NCBI GenBank assembly: GCA_024137785.1 | Contig: JAHRHZ010000145.1 | Coordinates: forward strand, 35,791,435 to 35,855,434 | DNA length: 64,000 nucleotides | Reading direction: 5' to 3' | DNA from: Ginglymostoma cirratum | Taxonomy: Eukaryota | Part shown: piece by piece, positions 1 to 12,700 of the stretch | Position numbering within the stretch: the stretch's first letter is position 1 | Layout of the letters: each line of letters opens with the position of its first letter | Made by a program: the position numbers and the translations under genes | The notes under the pieces: generated by a model | What the model was told of the DNA's origin: nothing | Databases searched by the model: none | What the model saw: the letters and a program-made list of their open reading frames with translations, nothing else

Positions 1-16
1 TGAAGGAATTTAGACC

Positions 17-205
17 AACAAAAGTGCTGGAGAAACTCCACAATCTGGCAGCATCTGTGGAGAGAAAAACTGAGTTAACATTTCAAGTCGAACATGACAC
101 TTCTTTGGAACTGTTCTCTCCACAGATGCTGCCAGGCATGCTGAGTTTCTGTAGTATTTTCTGTGTTTGTTTCAGATTTCCAGCATCCATATTATTTTGC
201 TTTTA
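17..205. mobile_element. palindromic short element, family A, degenerate
   Basis: inverted arms ctggcagcatctgtggagaga / tctctccacagatgctgccag. Confidence 0.75.
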
Positions 206-500
206 TTCAAATGAACTTAGATACCTAGATAAAATGAAAAATTACAATTAATGCATTTTTAGGTTTAACGTGAAATGAGATTAGTGTGAAATTGAACAGT
301 TGTGCACCTGGAATTTTCCAGGACTTGAAAATGGTATTTATAAATGGTATAGTTTTTGGAAGGCACGCTGTGCAATTATATGTACATTTGTGTGGTAGAT
401 TCAATAGCTTGGCATAGGGAAAGAAAATTACAAGAGCCAAAATGGCCTATTCTTATTATTTATTTCCTTCTTCTATTCTAACATTCTTTTTCTTTCACAG

Positions 501-779
501 AACCTGCAAATATTATTGAGAAAGCAGAATCTATTAGTGTAACTGTAGGAGAGCCAGCAACATTGGACTGCAGTTTTACAGGAACACCAGAAATTAAAGC
601 AAGATGGTTTAAGGATGGCACAGAGCTGGTGACTGGTAGAAGATATAAAATCAGTGTTACTAATAAAGTGACAAGTTTAAAGATCCGGACTACTGAGAAG
701 GAGGATAGCGGTGAATATACTTGTGAGGTTGCGAATGATGTTGGAAGCAACAGTTGCAAAGCTTCTATTACAATATTGG
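501..779 (+). CDS. ttn: titin Ig exon, super-repeat position 4 (EPANIIEKAE...)
   Basis: cag|AA...G|gttggt, 279 bp, phase 1/1. Confidence 0.95.
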
Positions 780-3700
780 GTTGGTACCCTTGTTCTTCCA
801 TTTTATTGCATTTACTGCAATACTAAAAAATAAAATGTAAATATCTTGCACAAGATTATAGCTTTTTCTTTCCCACTATGTGTTGGACAGATCGCATAGT
901 TCCACCATCATTCAAAAGAAACTTGAAAAATATGGATGGCATGAAAACATCTTTTGTTAAGATGGAATGCAAAATTGCTGGCTCTCTTCCAATGAGTGTG
1001 TTATGGTATAAGGATAACCAAGAGATAATCGCTAACCAAAAATACAAACTCTCTTATCATGATAATACCGCACAGTTGGAGATTCATCAATTAGAGATGG
1101 CAGATGGTGGAACTTACGTTTGCAGAGCAACAAATGCGGCAGGAACTGATCAAAGTAGTGGTGTCTTGACAGTGAAAGGTTGGAAATGTTATCTTAAATA
1201 TCTTAATTGTTATGCTAATTAACCAGTTAACCTAGTTTTATTTAGCCATCACAAGCATTAATTTTATCCAACTTAGTTTGTTATATTGACAAACATTCTG
1301 AGAATATAATGAGTTATACTTAGAGTTATTGATGGACTCTTGTCTTGCCATATCTTTTCAAAGATGCTTCTTCTCCTTTTATTTTCTTGCCATAACAACT
1401 GCAGTTTTCCTCTGGTAATTTCAGAGCCTCCATCTTTCACTGTGAAACCATTGTCCCAGGATGTTGTGCCTGGTTCCAAAGTACAATTTAGAAGTGTTAT
1501 GAGTGGAACACCTCCAATGACAATAAAATGGTTCAAGGACAGTAAGGAGTTGACATCAAGTAATTTATATTACATTTCAAAAGAAGGCTCATCAAGTTTG
1601 CTACAAATACATTCAGCAAAAGTATCTGATACTGGTGACTATACTTGTCAAGTCAGAAATGAAGTTGGCACAGAATCATGTTCTGCTACTCTTTTTGTCA
1701 AAGGTGGGGATTTTCTTGATAGCATTTCTATGAGACATTGTATACTGAGCCTTATTTTACAGTATGTCTTTCTTTGATGGCTTATGCACTCTCCTAGCTT
1801 CATTTTTGTAAATTCATCTTTATATTAATTGTTTCATTATTTTTCCCCATTGACAATCTGAATATTCTTTCAACACTTTTACTACTACGTTCATCTTATT
1901 TCTCTTAATGCAATTAGAAATGGAATGTTGTTGTTTCCAAAGTTCTATTTTATGGTCATGATGTGAGAGTTGGCTACAATAATTTATTTTAATTGGGAAT
2001 TTACATATACTCATATATGTATATATAAAACAGGATTATTGTAGCCCCATGAAGACAAGCGAGCCAAATACAATGTGTAAAATCTCGGGAATCAATTTCC
2101 ATTTACAGCTCTTTTTCCAGCTGGTTCCTCCTGTTTAAACTTCACCGGTCTCCAGGTTTCAAAAAGATCATCTTTGCTATTCCTTTATTAGTTGATGAAT
2201 CATAGATTTAATTATCTTTGCTTATTATACCATCCAGGAAAAGCAGCCCTCTTGACTGGCACCCTATCTGTAATTTTCAGCATTCACTTGCTTCACCATC
2301 AATGATCAGTAGGTACAACATCTTACATCCACAAGGTGCAATGAAGAAATTCACCAAGACTCCTCAATCAGCACTTTCTAAGCTACAACCTGTACCTCCT
2401 AGAAGGACAAGGGCAAACGATGCATAGGAACACCACCTTTGCATGTTACCCTCAAAGCCACATGCAAGTCTGACTTGGAGCTACTGTTCCTCCACTGTTG
2501 CTGGGTCAAAATCCTGGAAATTCCTCTCTAGCAGCAGTGTGGGTGTCCCAACAGCTCAACGACTGCAGCAGTTTAAGAAAGCAGCTCACCTTGTCAAAGC
2601 AAATTGGGGAAAGATAATAAATGTTGGCCAAGTTAGCAATGCCCATGCCAAACAAATACTTTTCAGAAATGAAAAGTAGAATTTGCTTTACTATAACAGA
2701 ATGTTCTATGTGGCATCAAACTTCATAATCCATAATTCCAAGAGGTGAATGTGCTATATGGTTAAGCAGGATCAATACTGAATGTCTAAGGTAATTAGTG
2801 TAACAATGAAATAGAATATTGAGAGTGAGGATTATGAAACAATATTCAGACAATTTTAGCTAATTACAGTGGAAACAAACATAGAGAATGTTGGAACAAA
2901 AACAGAAGTTGCTGGAACAGCTCAGCAGGTCTGGCAGCATCTGTGAAGAGAAAATCAGAGTTAAAGTTTTGGGTCCGGTGGCCCTTCCTGAGCTTTTCCA
3001 GCAACTTCTGTTTTTGTTCCTGATTTACAGCATCCACAGTTCTTTTGGTTTTTACAGAAAATGCTGGAAAAACTCAGCAGTTCCGGCAGCATCTGTGAAG
3101 AAACAAATCGAGTTAATGTTTTGAGACCAGTTTGACTCTTCTTCAGAACTGTTTTGCAAATAGGAGGCACACACAAGTGCCAATTTGACTACATCCCTAG
3201 CACCTACCTTCCCTTTAAATGAAATGCAGAATATATAAATTATAACTTAATAAGCTCACTTTATTTTTAAATGAGACTTATTCAAATTTGAGTTTTTGGG
3301 TTCGTCTTTACTCTATTAAAAAGAAAATGCCCACATATTTAAATGTACATGAATTTTCCAAGATATCAATGGTATAGAATATTGTTATTGGTTATGATTT
3401 GAAAAGGAATCTTTTGAAAAGGATCTTCCCAGGAAAATTATACAAATGTTTTAAAAATTGCATCTTATGCTCTTTAAAAGGTCAGTTGGAAATCAAAAGC
3501 AGATAACTTTTGTTGGAGCATATTTGTGATTAATAGGAGATCATGCCAGTCATCATGAGTTCCTATTCATCATATTCATTATCTTCATTGTGTGCACATA
3601 AAACCTTTTAGTTTTCTTTTTATTCAGTTCAATAAATTTTCATCTTATAGAGCCTCCACAGTTCATTAAGAAACCAGAGCGGACCATGTCATTACAAAAA

Positions 3701-6700
3701 GGAGGTTCAGTACGTCTTGAGTGTACAGTAACTGGCACGCCTGAAATCAAAGTTACCTGGTATAAGAAAGAAAGTGTCATTCACCCAAGCGACAAAATCA
3801 GGATGTCATTTGTTGACTCAGTGTCGGTCTTTGAATTGATTGATGCCAGTGTGGAAGACAGTGGACATTACACTTGCAGAGCAGAGAATGAAGCTGGTTT
3901 TGATAATTGCAATGTCATAGTTGCAATTAAAGGTGTGTAGCCGCAAACCACATGTTCAACTCAAATCTGACAATTTGTTCTGTCAAATCTTTCCAGTGTG
4001 ATGAGTTTCTAAATTGTTTTGATTTTTTTCTTTTAGAACCTCCTTCAGTTAGAAAGAAACTCGAACCTGTTGAGGTAGTAAAAGGCAATGATATCAATCT
4101 TGAATGTGAAGTGGATGGTACTGGCCCATTTGATGTCACTTGGTATAAAGACAATAAGCAGATTCGACCAAGTATAAGGTTCAAGATGTTCATTGGAAAA
4201 TCTTTATTTAGTCTTTCTGTTCAAAAAGCTGACAACTCAGACATTGGTGAATACAAGTGTGAAGTAACAAATGATGTGGGAAGGTGTTCTTGTGTTGCTG
4301 GAGTTAGGTTAAAAGGTCAGTTATCCAACAAAATTATTTATTCTTTAGACATTTTCAATAATTCCATCTTGCAGTTCATTCTTGACTTTATTGTTTTAGC
4401 TTGAATAAATACCGATTGTGATTTTATGTCTAATTCACAAAACTCTTAACTTTAAATCAGAACCTCCTTCCTTTGTGAAAAAGATTGAAAACATTACAGT
4501 ATTATCGCAAAGTGCAGCCAGTTTTACCAGCCAAATACAAGGATCGTCTCCAATACTTGTTACATGGATGAAGGACAAAGATGAAATCATAGAGGATGAC
4601 AATATTAAAATATCTTTTGAGAACAATATTGCTACACTGCAAATTGCTTCCGTTGGAGCAAGTGACAGTGGGAAGTACACATGCCAGGCCATAAATGATG
4701 CAGGAACAGAGAAATGTTTTGCTACTTTGTCAGTAACAGGTTAGTATGAGACATGGGATGTTTGTGAATTTCCATGAAGTGCCAAATATGCAAACAATGT
4801 CTTTCGCTTCCATCGATTGAGGAAGAATGGTTTTTCTTGCAGAACCTGCACAAGTCATAGAGAAGCCACAGCCGTTAAGTGTCACTTCAGGAACTGCAGC
4901 CATCTTAGAATGTGTTGTTACTGGTACTCCAGAACTGAAAGTAAGATGGCTCAAAAATGAAACTGAATTGACCTCCAGCAGGAAGTACAAAATAACTTTT
5001 GTGAACAAGGTGGCAATCCTAAGGATTCTGTCTGTTACTAAAGAAGACAGTGGCGAATATGTTTTTGAAGTTCAAAATGAATTTGGACAAAGCAGCTGCA
5101 AAACTACATTGACAGTCCTAGGTTGGTTTTCTTTATTCTTGTGTTGAAACTTTTTGAAGCGTATCTCAAAAATGAAACTTAGATGGAAGAGCTGAACTGA
5201 AAAGATTATATTTTAAAAGCACCAAAAACAGATGTTTTTGTGTCTTCCTGTTGTCTTCTAAATGTATGCAGTTGGCTAAAGACAGCACCTTGGTAACCTC
5301 TTCATATTCTTTTAAGATTATGTAATAATTTTCTTCATGCCTTCAGCAACTAGTTGAATAATAGTGTCTGTAAGTAAAATATGCCAAAACTTTCAGGGTG
5401 AATTTTAATGATTGGGGGGGTGTAATGATAGTGTCAGTGGTCTGTCTGACTGCTCGGATGGGAGGCATGGCCGTGATCCATTTGAATTGCTAGACTACAT
5501 GCCTGAACAGTGTCCTTCTTTACCTTGCTGGCTGAGGACTAGCACAATTTTGAGAGGGCTATTGACTGATGCATTCCGTAAGATAAGGAGGTAATGAGAG
5601 CAAGGGTGGATGGTACAGAGCCCGAGCTTGTAATGTCACACATATTGTTCTTGCAGAACCCAGCAGAGCACTCGTGATTCTACAGAAAAATGTTTTAGGC
5701 TAGTTTTTCAAGGGTCATCAGCTGCGCCATGAGATGTAATGAAGCAGAGTATGCACAGTGCACATCCTGTATGATATCCCATAAAATTGGATTAGATTCT
5801 AAGAAAATCATAAAATCACAATTCGCACGTACTCGCGGCTTGCATACTTGATTCTGCTGTGCACCCTGCAGAAGTTCATGGAAAGATTTGCTGGAGATGG
5901 ACCAGTCTGTGTGGTCTGCCACCTCTTATGAACTCCATTATCATCTCATTCCTACCAGTTGAAGTGGTTAAAATGTCCCTTTGATATTTTAGCTGATAGC
6001 TGATAGTCTATTTTGTTATTCTATGTTGGATAGATCGTATAATTGCTCCATCATTTTCAAGAAGTTTAAAGAAAATGGATAGCATCCTGGGGACATTGAT
6101 GCACATGGAGTGCAAAGTATCTGGTTCCCTACCAATCGACATTGTTTGGTACAAAGGTAACAAAGAGATATTTACTGGCCCCAAATACAAAATATCATTT
6201 GAAGAAAATACAGCACTTTTGGAGATCAAAGAACTTGAACTCACAGATGGTGGAAATTATTCGTGCAAAGCAACAAATACTGCGGGAGTCAGCGAATGCA
6301 GTGGATTCTTAACAGTAAAAGGTTGGAAGATCCTGTTACTCCAAACAGCTTTATCTTAAGATGCATAAAATGCTGGTTTTCCAGCTGTAGCATTTTCTCT
6401 TTTCTTCTGCAATGGTAAAATATCTAAATAAATTAACTGAATTTTCACTACTTAAAATATTTTAACAAATGATCAGTACTAACATGACAGGATAATGTAA
6501 CTAATCTTAGAATTTGTAGTTTTGTTTTTAACCTATCTGACCTAACTGAATGACATTTTCTTTAACAACTTTTAGAGCCACCAAGCTTTGTCCAAGAACC
6601 AGTATCCCAAGCAATTGTACTTGGTGCTACACTGCAGTTTAAGAGTGTCGTGAAAGGAACTCTTCCACTGATTGTCAAGTGGTTCAAAGATAACAGGGAA

Positions 6701-9700
6701 CTGAGGCCTAGTCCAAGATGTTCCATTTGGAATGAAGAAACAACACACTACTTTGAGCTAATCTCAGCGAAAATTTCCGATGCTGGTGTTTACAGCTGCC
6801 ATCTCAGCAATGAAACTGGATCAGTCACAAGCACTGCAGAAGTTTTCATCAAAGGTTTGCAATTCTTGTCAATCTGGTTGCAAATTAAGTCTTAGAAAGC
6901 ATTTTTAATAGCATAGTCTTCCTTCCCTAATTTTCTTCCTGAAAAAGAGTAAGTTTTATCTGAAGATCATTTTTCTCTTACGTATTAATCAATAGTATAA
7001 CAGTCGTAAATTTACTTGGAAATTCCAAAATTCAGCTGCATTACATTTAACTTTGTCAGAACCTCCAAGTTTTGTTAAGAAGCCAGCTCCTTCAGCAGCC
7101 CTGAAGCAAGGAGAATTTGCACGTTTTGAGTGCAAAATAACTGGTACACCTGAAATCACAGTTACGTGGTACAAAAATAACACAGAGATTAGAACCAGTG
7201 ACAAATACAGGACATCGTTTCAAAACACAGTGGCTGTGCTTGAGATTACTGATGCAAGTGTGGAAGACAGTGGGGAATATTCCTGTGAAGCACAGAATGA
7301 AGTTGGTGGTAATAGCTGCAACTTTTTGGTTCAAGTTAAAGGTGTGTATTATAATATCCTAAAGGAGATTTAACTCATTAGCTTTTGATTGTTTCCTAAA
7401 CCACATTGTTCACTTTACTCCTCAGAACCTCCCACATTTATAAAGAAACTTGAACCTGTTGATGTAGTTAAAAGTGATGATGTAACTCTTGAATGTGAGG
7501 TGACTGGTACAGCTCCGTTTGAAGTTACGTGGTATAAAGATAATAAGCCAATTCGACGTGGCAAAAAATGCAAAATAATCTTTGAAAATTCTTTAGCCAG
7601 TCTTACCGTTCTAAAGTCTGAAACTCCTGATGTTGGTGAATATACATGTACAATAAAAAATGATGTTGGCAGTTGCTCCTGCAGTTCTACAGTCAGTCTG
7701 AAAGGTTAGTTATGGCTTAATGTAAGAACCCTTCTGATCTTTATAGCAGCACTTCAAATGTTTAATGGAGAATGCATTGCTCAACTCATCAGCGAAACAT
7801 CCTTTTACATTGAAGCACATTTAACTAAAAGTTGTGAAATATATTCATGTAACCATTTGTTTTAAACTAGAACCCCCAGGATTTTTAAAGAAGATTGAAA
7901 GTGTAACAACGTTGTCAGGGAATTCTGTTGTGTTCCAATGTGTAGTCAAAGGCTCAAAGCCTATTTATGTAACTTGGATGAAAGACAAAGATGATGTCAA
8001 AGAAGATGGTAATATCTCACTGTCGTTTGAGAATAATATTGCTACTCTTCAAATAAGTACAGTTGGAGAAAATCATGCTGGGAAATATACATGTCATATC
8101 AAGAATGAGGCAGGAACTGAGAAGTGTTCTGCAACATTGCTGGTAGCAGGTCAGTGGGACATTAACTCAATAGTAGCATCCACTTCAATGACGTTGCCAA
8201 TTACAAATCAATTCAGATTCTTTGTGATCACCAACTGAAAATGAGATTCATAGCTGTCAGATATTGAATGGATTTTTTTTCCTTCATAGAACCAGCAAAA
8301 ATCATAGAACAAGCACAGTCACTCAGTGTGACTGCAGGAAATCCAGCAAGCCTGGAATGTACCGTAGCTGGTACACCAGAGCTAAAAGTTAAATGTTTGA
8401 AGGATGGTAATGAAATGGTACCAAGCAGGAAATACAAACTCAGCTTTGAAAATAATGTGATCAGCCTAAAGATTCCTTCTGTTTCTAATGATGATACTGC
8501 TGAGTATACGTTTGAGGTCAAGAATGAATTTGGAACCAGCATCTGCAAAGCTTCATTGACTGTATTAGGTTAGTGTTTACTTGCATTTAGAATTCACTTA
8601 GTTAAATTGCCGGGATCATTTGAAAACTTTGCTTATAAGGTCAGAATCCTGATCACAACCATAAATGTAAATAAAGGGTTTTATTAGTATAAATTTCCAG
8701 TCCTAACGAAAGTAGGCAAATTCATGCAGAGACTTTTAAAATAGGTTTTATAGTGCTTTTTGCTGAAACGTGAAAATAGTTGAGATAACAAGGTGTAGAG
8801 CTGGAAAGCTCTACAGAAATTCAGAAAGAAGGGGCTCGACCCGAAACGTCAGCTTTCCTGCTTCTCTGATGCTGCTTGGCCTGCTGTGTTCATCCAGCTC
8901 TACACCTTGTTATCTCAGATTCTCCAGCATTGGCAGTTCCTACTGTCTCATGAAAATAGTTGACCTGGTTGTACCGAGTATAAACATTGTTAAAATGAAA
9001 CATGAAGTCAAAGCTTATTATCTTGTACTTATGAAGTGAGGGCGAAGCAAAAACTTCAATTTCTTTTTATCAATGTTTAAAAGAAGTTTTGTCTTGAGTG
9101 TCTCAGAGAGTCTACTTCCTAATAAATCTGAATCTTTTCTGTTTAATTCAATATATCTTCTTATGAACAGTGGATTTTATTCATTTAGAAATACTTGTAG
9201 TTGACTGGTTCTTCATTCATCACTTCATCTTGAACAGATCAACAAATACCTCCAATATTTACAAAAAAGTTACGGAAACTGGATGCTGTTTTGGGATCTT
9301 TTGTACAAATGGAATGCAGAGCTTCTGGTTCACTTCCAATGAGCTTTACTTGGTATAAAGATTTCAAAATAATAACTTCTGGTGCAAAGTACAACATATT
9401 ATCTCAAGATAACGCAACAACTTTGGAAGTTAATAAACTAGAATTTTCTGATCATGGGAACTACATTTGCAAAGCAACCAATTCCGCAGGAAGTACTGAA
9501 TGCAGTGGTATCCTAAAAATAACAGGTGTGAAAGATAAACTTATTCTATTTCAAGTTTCTACTATAGCTTTTGCATTTTCCTCCACTAATTAAGCTTCCA
9601 AGTTTTGCATGATGCCCTACAAGGGGTGTGGGGCTGTTATTGGACTAATAATCCAATGGTCTAGGCGAATGCTCTGGGGATTCAGTTAATTCAAATCCAA

Positions 9701-12700
9701 TTAATGAAGTCTGGAATCACAAAGCTTGTCTCAGCTATGAATGTGTTAACTCTCAGTTACAGTTGCAAAAATCCATTTGGTTCACTAAGGTCCTCAGAGA
9801 AGGAAATCTGCCATTACCCGGTCTGGTCTACATGAGATTCCAGACCCACAGCAATGTGATAGATTCTTAGCTGCCTTCAGAAATGGGCCATCTTGTTCAA
9901 TAGCATCTAGGGATGGGAAACAAAAGCTGGCCTTACAAGAGACGTCCATATCCCCGAAAAGAATAAAGAAAACAAAAGGGCTGAATTCTTGGGGTTGAAA
10001 ATGAATGGGACTTGAAAGTGCCCGAGTGGAAAGCTAGTTTCCTGGTCCTGCTTACGATGCTGCCCATTTTTGCCAAAAGTTGAAGCAGGGCCTGGGAAGA
10101 TGGTACTCCGTGAGATTTGTTAAGAAGCTTGCTAAGCATACTCAAAGGGGAATATTTGGGCATTTGATTTTATTTGGGCTTAACTATTTGGAGACTAGCA
10201 TCCAGGCACAAGCCAGAAGTTCTAAACAAACTTGTGGGCTCTCAGTATCTCCAGTGGTGCATGCAAAGGTTGCTTTGCACAGGAGTTTCTTCCCCCTACA
10301 CCAGCCTCCCCTGCAGTGGTTGTCTGGCAATTGTAATTTCTTTTATTTAAACATTTAAGCAAAATTGGTAAGAACGAGCCCACAGGTTGCAGTGTACTAT
10401 CTGATACAGTTGGCTACTCTGTTCAAGCAGAAACACCTGTGAATAGCCTGCCAACTTCTACAGCCTGCCCACTGCATTAATTGAACAGAAAACCTTTCTC
10501 CATGCCAATTAAGGCAAAGTCCCAATGAAAATCTCAGTGAGTGATTGTGTCCTTAGAAAGGGGAAAGGGGATGGGTTTGAGACCTGGAAACAGTCATGAC
10601 TTTTGTTTCTTGCCCAGGGGAGAAGATCCAGCCCAAAATAAATAGTTAAAATTTGTTATGCAGTTCATGGTAAATCTGTGATTTTGTTTTTAATTGACCT
10701 TGTTCAATGTAAATCAAGTATTATAGGGATCCAATTGTAATATTCTTTTTCCTCACATGAATTATAGAGCCACCAAGTTTTGTGGAAAAGCCTGTAGCTC
10801 AGGAAACTCTGCCTGGATCCACAGTACAGTTTAGAAGTGTTGTGAAAGGAACCGCTCCACTGTCTATAAAATGGCTGAAGGATGGCAGGGAGCTGATGTC
10901 TGGAGCTGACTGTTCCATTTTAAGTGAAGGTTCAACAAGTTTACTTGAGTTGTTTTCAGCTAAAGTCTCTGATTTGGGTGACTATACTTGTGAAGTCAGC
11001 AACAAAGTTGGCACTGCTACTTCTACAGCAAGACTATTTGTCAAAGGTGTGTATTTTTGGTTCACTTATTGAACCATTGTGGGCTACTGTTGGAAAATTC
11101 TGTCTTCTTCAATTTTGCAAACTTTGCAAGTTTGCAAAGCTATTTTTCTCCGGTTATTTTTCATGTCAGTAATGTGTTGTCTTCTTTTATTCCTTCATAC
11201 TAATAGGTGTTTCATTATTCCTTTCTGTAGTGTATCTGTTTGTTCCAGCATTTTACATTTGTAACAATGCTTACTCCATTTTCTTCTCTAGGACCAATTT
11301 ACTTTGGCTTGTCTTCCTTTGCTTTTTTGTATCTTGCATGAGTGACATTGGAAAGAATTTTATCCCTCCACACACAGCTCAGAAGCTATCTGGGAGGTTG
11401 AAACGCCTGTTCAATTGATCTGGAAAGTGTTGGAGATGTAGTTGCCTGTGTTTCTTTTCACAATTGCCTTGTGTGAAAAGGCCAGAGGACAATCTTCCTA
11501 CCCAGAAGCCAATTGAGGCCCTTAATTGGCCAAAGGGCCCCAATCTGCCACCGTTGGTGTGCAACCAGCAATGGGTAGATAACATAAAATGTGAAAAACT
11601 CAGACGATAAATCTGAGCAGGTATCTTCTGGTCCGTTGGGAGTCTGGGGTTTGGGGTGAGGGTGTCCCAAGAAAGATACTATCCTTGAATGGTCTCACAA
11701 AAAAGTAATGCGCATGCCTAGGCTAGATACTAACAGCTGTCCCATCTTGATTGAACTAGACAGGGAGGCCACTGTGAACCTTCCCCACATAATGGTGAAC
11801 TTTTAACTTATTTCTTTGTTTTTGTATTTTGCACCGAAGATTTTGTACCCAGGTACGTTTGTACCTCAGATTGCGCTGGAAATGATGATTTTGTATGCTT
11901 TTCATTACACTCCTGTACTTCTGTACTTAAGTGCACGTGACAGTGACCCCCATTCTAATTCTACCTTGCTCCTGGGTACTGTACCCATAATCCTCTTCCT
12001 TGGCCTCCTGCAGCACTAGCAGAGGCCACCGCTCCCTGTAGTTCAGCCAATCCTGAAGAGCAGCCATCCGCTGGTTGGTTGGTGGCTCTTACAGGTCAGA
12101 AATTCTTTCTAAGGACGACCAGGACTCCAACTACAGTCGAATACCTGCGTGGTACTAAGGCAGGTCAGGGGGAATAGTGAGGAGAGCGTACAGCAAGGTC
12201 ACCGCTGCCTTTCCAGAGATGAGCCCCACCGTGATGTTGTATCGTTTCCTGCTTGGACTTGCTATTTGTAATGGAGTTTACTATGTTTTATTCTCCAGAA
12301 CCTCCATATTTTATTAAGAAATTAGATCCTGCAGCAATATTTAAAAAGGGAGAGACAGCAAATTTTGAGTGCAAAGTAACTGGAACACCTGAAATCAAAA
12401 TCTCTTGGTTCAAGAATTATCAGGAGATTAGTGCTAATCAGAAATACAGAATGTCATTTGTTGATTCTGTGGCAAACCTTGAAATTGCTAATATAAGCCT
12501 CGAAGACGGTGGGATTTATTCTTGTAAAGCACAAAACGAAGCTGGCAGCGAATCATGCGAGATGAAGGTTGCAGTTAAAGGTCTGTGAAAGTTTCTAGTT
12601 ACTTTTTCTGTTGGTCATTAATTGTTCTTTCTGAGAGTGTTGCAAGTTTTTTTTTTGGGGTAATTATAGACTCCTTCTGCAATCCATCACTTACATTGTC

